Origin: Aplysia californica
Lineage: Eukaryota
Direction: 5' to 3'
DNA: 64,000 nt
Assembly (NCBI RefSeq): GCF_000002075.1
Contig: NW_004797285.1
Span: 2,618,134 to 2,682,133, forward strand
Positions within the stretch are counted from its first letter, which is position 1. The number at the start of each line of letters is the position of its first letter. A program made the position numbers and the translations under genes. The notes below the pieces were generated by a model. The model was not told the DNA's origin. It searched no databases and saw only the letters and a list, made by a program, of their open reading frames with translations. Positions 27,568 to 39,600 of this stretch are shown here, one piece after another.

Positions 27568-30500
27568 GCAGTGACAATAGCAACAGTGCCAAAAACAAGA
27601 AAAACAGTAACAGCTAAATTTGTATGCACAGTTGTTTGTGATCAACATTGGCTATCATATTTTTACTATGTGTGATAACTTTGACAGATGCTGAAGGATA
27701 ATGCAAAGAAAGAGCAAGCAGCAAAGAACAAGAAAAATAAAAATAGGTCCATGACAACCCAGGAGACTGTGGAAGAGTACGTGGACTTTTATCTTCACTG
27801 CATGGACCTGACTCTCACACAGCTGGAGGTGTTGATGGTGAGTATTCCTGTATATATATCAGTGCTTTAGTGCTTAGAAAATGGCTGCTTGCACTGTATG
27901 CTTCCCAGGAAGTCGAGATAGTTTAGGAATGCTATCAGGTCTGCTGTGGTAGCCTAATAATATAGATTGTAAAGCACCTAGAGCTTACTGTTGGGCAGAA
28001 ATTTGTGCTATACAAATGCCATCTATGATTATTTGATGAAAAATTACTTTTGAATGCTCTGTTATGCTTCAGCTGCATATTGATTGCTAAGTGTAAAACT
28101 CCGCTATATGCCATTCTGAAAAGAGTTTTACACTGAGCTATTGATATGTTCATATATGTAGCAACAACGCTGTAATGACTCTAGGTGCTGCACATTGTTC
28201 ACCGTCAAAGCAAAACTGATTGCAGTATATTATACTAAATGTAACATATTTTATTTTTTTAAAAATAGAACCGCATACATAGTACGGAATTCTATGAGGA
28301 GAATGTAATCAGTAAGAATTGTTGCAAGATTATATTTTTGTTTTCATGATCAGTGACTTTTAGAATTTGATTTCAGTTAAGCTGTTGTGCTGACAATGAG
28401 AATATCCACACTTGCACAAAATAGAAAAACAAAACACAGATGCTTATAGGTAAATTTCTTTGCGGTAAAATAGATATCTTTGACTAGAAATGCTGACCGG
28501 GGATATCAAAATTAGTATACAGGACAAAAATAAGATATTAGCATTTTGTGGCATTTGATGTGCTGTTGCTGTTAGATGGTAGATGCCAAAAGAGGGAACT
28601 TATCATTATCTTTGAAATTATAAACAAGCTTTTCGTAATTTGGTTAATACAGAAAAAGACAACATTTCCTCAGAACGGTATCTTTCATCTAAGATTATTC
28701 GAGAAGTTGTCAAGACTCTTATCTCCATCTGAGATAAGTCAAGAAATGCTTTACTGATTCTCTGCTTGGAAGAAAGTAACAATGTGCTTTGATTGAGCCT
28801 TATCGAGGAAGAACACAGAATGAAAATGTCACACCTCTCTATTAACCTGACTGTTGGAAAAGGAATGCTAAATTCATTGTTAGAACATAAGAACTTGCGT
28901 GTTTAAGTTTTACTAACTTATTAAAAGGCTTGTACCCTTTTATCTCACTAAATAATGAAACGTTAAGTATAAATGAAATGTTTAAGTTTTAATTTCTCTC
29001 AGTTCCTGGATCATTGCACTTGTCTTCTGAACCTGCCGTTTGCTGCGAGGAGACTGTTTGATGCCAAGGGCACTGAAATTTTCACCCTCCAGTCCCTGGA
29101 GCGGGATCAGCTAATCTACGTGTCCTGCGGAGAGGCATGGTCCGACCCGAAGCTCTCGAAAGTGGAACAGAAGAGGCGATTTCTTCTCTCTCAGCTGGCA
29201 ACCGATGTCGCCAAGATTCAGCACTATTGTTCACTGAGAAATCCAGAGAGTATGTTTTATGCACAGACCTGAATGGTTTCCGAGATTTTTTACTAAGATG
29301 GTCACTCCTCTGTAGGCCCTATGTATTATTAATCAAAAGGTTCTCAAAAGCTCTGATCGTCAAAGTTATTTGTAAAAGTGCATTGGAAGTCTCTAACATA
29401 CAAAAAGTAGGAGCAGGGGCTGTTCTTTATATGACTTCTTTTTGAGAAATGAAGGTTAATATCTTCATCAGTGCCAGGGGGCGACATCCATATATTTAAT
29501 TGCACTTATAATACAGAGGGCACTTTTCTTATAAAATGACATATCTTGTTAACAATCTTTGATATATAGTATTTCCCATAAAGGAGGACTTTTAGTGGAG
29601 GGAATCTAAAAGATAATGGTCTTTTTCTTATCTGCTACAAGTACTTCTGTTTGCAGTTGCCATTGTCAAAATCTACAATCGGAGAAAATTGGCCACTATC
29701 ATGGCGAATAACTAGAAATCACTGCTAACTCGCAATGACTTTTTGCATGTTCATAAACAATATGAAAGCAAATTATGAGAAAAGCGTAGAACTAGGCAGT
29801 GTGTGTTTGTGAGAATAGTCAGACAAACAAGCTGAATACTGAGCAGCCAAAATAAATACGGTTCTGAAAAAAGAGACAGACAGATGGATAGACTGATAGC
29901 TGTACCATAATTGTGTCAATATTGCTCTTTCTGAAGTGTATTTTGACATTAACCTATAAGCTAAGGGGTTCACCATCTGCCCAGTTGGTACCATATTAGA
30001 CTACGATGAGAATGATCCTGATTCAGATGTGTAATAGGGCATTCTTGAATTTTTATTGGTTGTTAGAAAAGTTGTCATGGCACATTATGCTCTTGACTTG
30101 GTCCTGTTAGAGATCCATGTTTGATTTAGAGATCACTCCTCTTAAGTTATTTTAAAAGGTGCATCCAACACATACCACGCCAAACCACACTGCACCACAC
30201 TGCTTTGTACCACACTGCACCACATCGTAGAAGACCATACAAAGAAATCAATGCAACTATTAACATGACTGATTGCTGTTCCTTTCAGACTATGTGCTGG
30301 AGATGGAAGGACCTCTGGCTTTGGGCTGTGGTCTGGTGGTGAACAAACAGTGGAGTCTCGGAGATGAGGATCGCCAGGACAGAGGTGACGTGGCAAGCAC
30401 AAAGCGCAGCAACTCACAGATGATGAACTACGATGTGGATGATCAGGAGGAACAGACAGAGCAGGACTCCAGGGACCTGTACGTAAATCTAGACTGATGA

Positions 30501-33500
30501 GATTAGATAAAACTACTTGGGCCCCCTTTCGATGAAAGGAATGATTGGTGCTTTAATATCAACTAAAAGTCATTGGCCTAATATATTTACACTCTACTGG
30601 AATGGGGCAATAAATCTTGAGAGATGCCAAAAATTATAAGGTCTAGATCTATACCCCCAAAACAAAATGTGCCTCGCGGAATATCTCTTCTATATTCTAA
30701 AATTACAGAGACAGAAGCGTCGGCCTACAAAAGCGATCGGCAAAATAAACAAATTTAGGTTTTTGCAGCAAAACTGTCTCAAAACTGAAAAAACCAAGGG
30801 CGTTATGCTCTGGAGAATATTTTAAAGAATCTTTTGGCGAAAACCGCATGTCGATCGATGCAGCCATTAAAAAGCCTTTTGAATAGCAAAATTCGGCCAC
30901 CACAAATAGATAATAGAAGACTGGACAAGATAAATAGAATTTTGAAAAAATGAACTGAGATCAGATAAGAACATGAGGTATAGTACACTAAGATATGATA
31001 AAAAGATAAAATGAGATAAAAAGATGTGAGCAGATTATAATTTTAGTCAAGAATACAGGATATGATTAGACAATAGATATAATGAGATTGAATAATAGAA
31101 TATGACAAGTAGATTATGACAGAACAAGACTGACAAATTAGGTATGAAGATGAAATAATAAAAAGTCTTGTAAGATAGACAAGAAGATTAAATGAAATGA
31201 GGAATGATGAGAAAAGAGATCGATAAACAGATAAGTACGACTGCTTGTCGTTTGTACCTTTATATCCTTATGTTAAGATTGACAAAATGTAATACTCACA
31301 AGCCTGATCTGGCTGAAGGATATATGAGCTTTTGCCAATAGGTGGGTAACTAAAATGTAGCACAGAGGGTTGATGATTAAGTTTTTAATATTTTGTTTAT
31401 ACTTGAATTTTTCTATTGATGTATATCTCCTCCCTCAAAAACATGTATTTACAGACCCTCAGACGGCATGCTAAGCTGTGTAACTGGCGTTACTTAACAT
31501 CAAGTCAAATTCTGTCTGACATAACTATGATGACACATTTTGTAGAATTTGAACATACAAAATTATTTTAATAGTTTTCCTATAGCTTTAATTTTCAAAC
31601 ATAAGCATGAAGAGCATATAAAATGGGGAGAATCACAGAAAAAAAAAAGATTCTGAATGCATTGTGTTTGCATTTGTGTCATCAAAGTTATGTTTGAAAG
31701 AAATGTAAAACTTTCCATTTTCATATGTTAATATCTGTAGAAACGATTCAGAAGATTAAATTTGACTCACAATGCATGTTAATGATGAAAAAATGCCACT
31801 TTGTTCAGATTTTACTTTGAATCTTTGGAAAATATCAAATATCTTTCGAACGTAACCATGATGACATAAAATGAAAATTAACCTTGAAAAGTAATTTATG
31901 GAACATAAAATTATTTTAATAGCTTTCTCGTTGCTTTAATTCAAACATAAACATGAAGAGAATATAAAATCACAGAAAAAAGAAATTCTGAATGTCTTTG
32001 TGTTCACATTTGTGTCATCATAGCTATGTCCGAAAGAAATGAAAAACTTTCCATTTTCATATTTTATTTCAGTTTTTGAAAATTTTGGCAAATAAAGATT
32101 CTAGAGATTCAGTTTGACTCATAATGCATGCTAATGGTGAAAAAATGCCACTTAATTCGCATTTTACTATGACTCTATGCAAAATACCCAATATCTTTCA
32201 AACATAACTACGATGACACATAATGGATAAATGTTCGTCTTCATTTTGGAACACATCATCAATTTACATCAAATGCCAAGCACACGTGGTTGCATCTAAA
32301 TCTACCACTACTTGATCATTAGAACGCATTGCGATGTTAAATATTACTTGGTTTAAATTTATTTAAATGGGGGGAAACATTTTTCGGACACAACAGCTTT
32401 TTTTTTACATAACATGTTAAAATTTGATGATGACCCAAGAAAACTTAATTCAATTCATCTGATCCATCGTGATTCTTCTCGCTGTCTTGCATCGCACAAC
32501 AATACACTTTGAATGGATCGACAGGAACAATGCATGTTCGTCCACCCCTATTATTTCTCGTTTTCTGATTTGTTCTTTCGAGCATAACAAATAATGACAG
32601 AGCATGAGGCGTTGCAGGATTTTTATTTACTGCAAAATTACGCACGGTCACAGCCTCGAAATTAGCCAGGGCAGAGAGTAAACATTGAACGATATTATGC
32701 TTGTTCCAGGGCCCCAAAATGGCGATAGAAACAAAGTCACGGGGAATCGAAGTTGCTTTGCGAAATTACACAAGTTACGCTTGAAAATGAAAAGGGCTCA
32801 CAGAGAAAAACAGCTACGGATATAATTATTCCTGATATAGCACCAAAATAATCTACTTCTGTTGTAGTAAATTTGTAGAAGGACGAGACGTTTTACAACA
32901 TTTTCCAAGCTGTAGCACCCTTTTTATTGGAATAGGAAAGGATTTTGTTAGATAGATGAAGAAATCCCCACCTATTGGCAAAGGCTCATATTCATAACTT
33001 ACTGTCCCAACAACATGGAATGAAAGTTTCTCTCTGTTAGTGTTAGGATGTACGCTGCCCTTCCCTAGTGTTGGGGTAGTAACTTTGCTCTGTACTTAGA
33101 TTGTCTTCTTCCAGCTCTTTTTAATGCCAGTCTGTTGACCAATTGTCCTTATCTCTTCTCCTTTTTTGTGTTTGTTACTCTCTTGTGACACCTGTAATCT
33201 ATGGCACTTTTACGAACTAATTGAGTTGCAAGTCCCATAATACTAAATAAAAAACAAACCCCCACAAGATGAGGCTTGTCTTCAAATTGAAATGCTTAAG
33301 TCTGACAGGGCACTGAACTCATACTCATTTGAAAACGAATGTCTGTATGTGTGTGTTTTCACCAGGTCAGCTCATGAAAAGTCTCATCTGAGGTCTGAGG
33401 AGCGTATGAATACACTCAAGTGGCCATGGGAACGATTGGTGAACGTGAACAACAGCATGGACAATGAGGACCCGGAGGCCAACAAGTACACAGACAGAGA

Positions 33501-33573
33501 CCTCTATGAGAAGTTCAAGTAAGATGAGTTGAGATGGGATGAGATGAGATGAGACAATATAATAATAATAATG

Positions 33574-33617
<44 letters not shown>

Positions 33618-36600
33618 TAATGGCATTTGTTCAGTGTAAATTCCTGCACAACAGCAAGCTCTATGCCCTTTACAGTGTATATTATTACCCCAGCAGACCT
33701 CTTGAGATGAGATCAGATGACATAAAGCCCTAGAACTTAATTGAANNNNNNNNNNNNNNNNNNNNNNNNNNNNNNNNNNNNNNNNNNNNNNNNNNNNNNN
33801 NNNNNNNNNNNNNNNNNNNNNNNNNNNNNNNNNNNNNNNNNNNNNNNNNNNNNNNNNNNNNNNNNNNNNNNNNNNNNNNNNNNNNNNNNNNNNNNNNNNN
33901 NNNNNNNNNNNNNNNNNNNNNNNNNNNNNNNNNNNNNNNNNNNNNNNNNNNNNNNNTGTTGTTATTGCTGTTGTTGTCACTGTTGCTGCTTTTGTTGTTG
34001 TTATTTTTGGTTTTGGTTTTGTCATTGTTGTAATGTTTTTGTTGTTGATGGCTCCGTGTATACTCTATATGATAATGTATTTATTTATTGTTGCTGTTGT
34101 TATTGTTGTTGCGAGCTGTCCTAGACAGTGTTCTTTTTGTACTAATGTCCTGTCTGTTCTTGGAACTTCTACTTCCCAGGCCTCAGGCTTCTCCTCGAGT
34201 GTCCCGTGACACATTGCAAAGGTTTGTGTTTGAAGACGGCTTCATCTCTGTCCAGTCTAACCGGACATTTGTTGTCGCTGCCACAGACGCTGAAGGACAC
34301 ACATCAGATGTGATACTGACCAAACGCAAGCCTGACTGCATCTACCAAAGATGGTTTATTACTGAGACTGGGTAATATATATTGTCACCTTCAAAAAAAT
34401 CATTGAACATCTTTTTTGAATCTCTATAACTTTTTATTACAAAGTTTTATCACTTTTCATCTATCCCCTCAGTATGAAATCAGGCATTTACCTGTCAAAA
34501 AAACCCCCAAATGTCCAGTCGGTCATTAATTCCATTGGTGTGTGCCTATAGTTTGCAAAAAATTACCAACCCCCCCTTCTTAAAAAACATATAAATGTTT
34601 CATTGATGTTAACTCACAGTGGTGTAGGTTGTGCTGCCCTTCTTATTTGGTTTCTATTTTTTAAATATCACAGAGAAATTAGGTCACGGGTGAATCAGCA
34701 TCTGGTGCTCACAGTGTCCATGCCAGCGACTGCTTCTGATTATCCAACACCGCTGTCTTTTGACCGATGTCCGGTGAACCTCCAGACCCGCCGCACCAAC
34801 CAGTTTGGGAAAGCACACCAGAGGTGGAGATACGATGCTGAGACAGGTCTACTCCAAGCCTTCTATGCTGAGTTGCCTGACAAAGGTAAGGCCGCATTTT
34901 TTAATGTAAATATTTTGCGCTTGCATCTACAAGAATTAGTCCTTGATTTTGTGGGCTGCTGTTTTCGTGTTTGTCAGGGCCAACCCAGGCTGTATGAGAT
35001 GTGTTTCTTCCATAAGACTGAGAATCGCATTTGCATATTGTCCCTGTATGGGAATTAAACATGTGTCTTTGTTTGCAACACAAAGTCAGTTCCTAGTAAC
35101 CATTTGCAACTGGACATACTGAAGAAAATAAGATGCGGTAACCTTCCTAATAATACAACGCCTTATCCAACCGAGCCAAGAATGTGGGTGGTGTGCGGGT
35201 GCTTTGGTATGGTTTGCTTCTTCTTTCCTACCAAACGTCTATCGTCTTTATCTCCCCTTCTTCTTTTTTGTGTTTGTTACTCTCTTGTAACACCTCTACT
35301 CTTCGTCACTTATATGACCTTATTGTGTTGCAAGTGCCATAAAACGCTTATTAAAAACTAAAACTAAAGAGCCAAGAATTGAACTTAGAGTCCATCACCT
35401 TACATGTTAGACTGGGACGTCTCCTCATATGAGGGTTGCTGAAATAACTTTGTTTGGAGTTACTTTAGCTTATTGCTCTATATCATGTTTTCCACTGATA
35501 TCATCTTTGTGTCAAATTGAAAAAAAAAAATATATGAAATATTTTTGATTGCTTCTTGTGTGTGTGAGTGTGTGTTGACTTGTATATGAATGTGTGTTGA
35601 CTTGTATACGTGCATGTACGCATTACAATACCACATCAAATTTCTCTCTTTGTGGAGGAGGTCAATAAAATGTTATCTTATCTTATTCAAAATGGTTCAA
35701 TATTTCTCCTTGTTCTGTTCACATTTCAGAAATTACTGCCGCCAACAAGGCAGATGTATGCACATACTCCATTGCTCAGAAAGTGGATATTGATCAACCG
35801 GTAAGCTGATAATGTTTCTTTTCAAGGCACATTAATATATGGTTACTTTCCTGAAGCTATAATATGTTTATTTTTTCTTTTAAAACTTTTTAGCAACTTC
35901 AACTGTCACAACCTGACAGTCACGTACATGCAACAAGTTGACACTTAACAAAAGCCTGTCCATTGTAAAAGAACAACACACACTTTGTCAATCAACAGCT
36001 CTGGCAATTTTTTTCTTATGGAAACTTTGTTTTTAGGTGTAAAGGTTCCTTTCTGAAAGTTAAAAAACAACAACGTGCCCACCTGTTAAAAACATGAAAC
36101 TCATGTGTTGTTTTTACGAATGTTTCCCCAGGGTTACATTGTTGAAATACCCAGTGCCCAGCATGGCACCACTGAGCACAAAGTGTGTATATCTTGTGCC
36201 CGGGCAATGAGAGGTCGGTTTAAGGTGCAGAAGCTGCCGAACAGCATCAACTTCCACTGCGCAATGGGAGAGGGTGAGTCTTGTCTGATTTTTAAATTAA
36301 CAGCCAAAGTAACAGGTTTTTTTCCCATATTTTGTCTTTTCAGATGAAAGGCCTTGTATTCTTCTCCACTTCTGGTGGACTGGTCATTCTCTGTCCCGTG
36401 TAGATTACAGTATTGTAGCACATGAGACATACAATTTATGATTAATGAATTCTGTGGCAATCAACACATTATGTCGTTTCTAAATTTTTTGGAAATAATA
36501 AAAGTAAAAGTATTGAATTGCTGGAACTGTTGATCAAGTTATTAATGGTAGCTTAATTGCTTTCTTTTCTAATCTGATGTTTGAATTGTGAAGTGTGCTG

Positions 36601-39600
36601 ACAAAATGAGTTACTTCTCAGATTCAAGCCTCAAGGAAATAGACACATCACGCTTATAGGTGAAGTTTTTACAGTTTTTAAGTATGAAATAATAAAAGTC
36701 AGGTTATAGTTAAAGAACATGGCATCAATTGAAAACCTACAAGTTTGACCCTAATGTCGATTTTTGGCCAATATCTCCATTTGTGGATTGCGAGAAGTAA
36801 CTCATTTTGTCAGCACGCCTCACAATTGGTCTTTTTATATGTTGTCTTTAAATAGCCTTATTTTTAATAACTTTTGCCTCTTTGCTGTCTCATTTTACTT
36901 ACAGCGAAGAAACTCAAGATTAAAGAAGCAGGAAGTTTCAAGGTTTTGAACAACAAGGTCGATTTGTCCACATTTGAGGCAGACATTACTCTAAGGTTCT
37001 GGCAAGACACCCTGGACAATTTGAGGAAACAGACCAGTGTGCAAACAATAGCCAAGGAGATTAATGCGGCGAAGAGTGTGCGCACTGTCAAGGTCATGGT
37101 GTACAAAAACGGAGAAGGTCGACTGAGACGAGGGGAGATTATCTGTGGCTCCAGTATTGAAGGAGTATGCAGTTTTCTTATCTTTCTCTTATTTTTCCAA
37201 ATTGCATCCTTCTTTTCTTTCTAGGTTTGACTTTTATAATTTGGGGAAATTGACTTTGTGCTCACCAAATTGCTGACTTTTATGAAACAGTAAGCTGAAA
37301 AAGAAATCCTGAAATCAGATTTAGACAATTTAGAAAATCATTGCAATTAATAATATTGATTTTTTATGCCCCTTTCAACACAATTTAGGAGGAGGGATGC
37401 TTCAACACTGCCTGTCAAACCCACCTGGGCTGTGTGGGAATAGGGTACGACCCAGCAGACAAAAGGAAATACTAAATGAAATGTTATCCCCAAGGGAAAA
37501 AAAAATCCATGCCTTCTTTGTGATAGACAAAGAGATTTACTTCTTGATCCATTTCCACTTTAAGAATGTACCTCAGTTGCAGTGTCTTCTCACCAGCTGC
37601 CTTTTTCAAAAATTGGTAATTGATTTTATTCTATTTAAAGAACTTGATTGTGTCAATAGGGGTGTAAAATACCTTCCTTTAGACAAAAAAGAAAATGGAG
37701 AACTTAAAAAGCAATATGCTCCAACAATTGAGACTTTGCTTCTTATTTTGGGTGCCTATTTAATTTTTTTTTTCTCTTTTAAAGATTATATAGATTATTT
37801 TTATGGCCCCATTGGCACAATTTATATAATTGAGAATGATGAGTAACTACATAATAATTACCACCACCTTTTCTAACCTTTTTTCTCTGTCAGATTCTGG
37901 TCCAGTGCACTCACCGCCTCGGCATGAGTAACGCAGCACGTAGGATGTATCTAGAGGATGGAGAGATGGTGTTGGATGTGGATGACCTGGTCAGACATGC
38001 AGTGGACAACTGCAAGAATGAGATGATCAACATGGTTCTACTGGACAAGGCAGAGAGAGAGGGTGGACAGGCTGGTGAGTACACTGTTTAGATTTTTATT
38101 TGTTTAACAGCACAATAGGCTATTTATAATGTTGGAATTTTGATTGAATGTCTGCCTCTACAAAAACGGGGGCCAAATTAATGAAACTGTTCTGACATGC
38201 CAAGTTGATTGGTGATGAAAGGAATTGGATTCTTTAAATATCAGCATGTCAGATGTCATAAGGACTAATGGGTCATGTTTATAGATTTTTAAAATTAAAT
38301 TTCAAATTTCTTTTAAAGTCATTCAGTGCAGACATTTTTATGTTGTCCTGTTTATAGGTTAATTGTGAAGATTTTCTTTTCCTTCTAGTGACTCTATAAA
38401 GTAATAATTGAATAATTATGAAAACTAACTTTCCAGGTTTTTACTGCTTTAGGCGTAGGCCTCATCCAGTTTGAATTAGCCGAAGGGGAACTGCTATTTT
38501 TGTGCTGTTCTTGCCAGTCTGCTTTCATTTTCTTTGCTTTTTTTTTATTGTATCAATTTGTTATCAATGCTTTTTATATCCCCGCCGACCCCATACTGTT
38601 AATTTGGGAGGCAGGCTGCTCACCCCACCTCCATGTACAAAGCAAACAGCCTTAAGTTACACCACAGATATTCAATCATTTGCTTTATTTCACTGGATGA
38701 TATTATGATTTTAATAAGACATTCACTTTTGGTAGATAACAAATCCTTACTGGAGGAGGAGGAAGACGAAATGGCACGACTCGAACGACTGCAGAAAGCA
38801 GCCAGTGAGGAGGTGACCAATCAGATGAGGCGGTCCCTGGACCTTATCATTGGAGCTGAACCCAGGGAAGAGAACCGAAGAGGAAGAGGCCAAGATAGAG
38901 GCAGAGGAGGAGAGGAAGGAGAAGAAGAGGAAGAAGACAATTCTGAGCAGCATGAGGAGGACTCAGAACAGAAAGGTCAGTTTGATTGACTCTCGAGCTA
39001 AGCTGTTGTTGATTTTTTTTTTTTCCTGCCCCCGTAGACAATAATTATCAGGGAGGGCTTCTTCTTGTTTTGGCCAAACAGGGCTGTGTTAGATACATAA
39101 TAGCAGGAAAGCAGAAAGATGGAAGTGCTCAATGAATTATTTTCCCCGAGTGGGAATCAAACACTGGTCCTGTTTGTGCAAGCGAGAGCCTGACCCATGC
39201 ACCATAGATTCCAGTCAGCACCATCTGAATGGGAACTGAAAAGCAAAATTGTTGTTTTGCAGAATTCCCTTCCATACAACATTATGTATTGACATAAGCG
39301 TAATATTGATATATCATGTTTTTCCAGATTTGGATGTGGAAGAAGCTCAGAAAATCAAAAGGGAGAGAGAGCAGCTCCTGGAGAACATCAAGCTTCCTCC
39401 CCTGGACGTGATCCTCCGCGCCCCGATTGAGGTCTGGGTCTCCAGCAACAAAGCATTTGTGTCTCCTGAAGGTGAATGTCATTCTCATTTAAGATAAGAT
39501 AAGATAAGATAAGATAAGATAAGATAAGATAAGATAAAACAAGGTAGGGTAAGTTAAGGTAAGGTAAGGTAAGGTAAGGTAAGATAAGGTTCTTAATAAG

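Noticed and set aside
27309-27675. Poly-N, poly-L, poly-C and poly-T ORFs
   Set aside because: Translations of the (CAA)n microsatellite; only 27358-27443 is exon
33504-34124. Long ORFs spanning N-gaps (also 9324-9734 and 17333-17670)
   Set aside because: Open only because of Ns and simple repeats
37397-37846. 149-aa intronic ORF (also 40413-40880 and 54395-54772)
   Set aside because: No recognisable domain or fitting splice sites; the latter two overlap TE sequence
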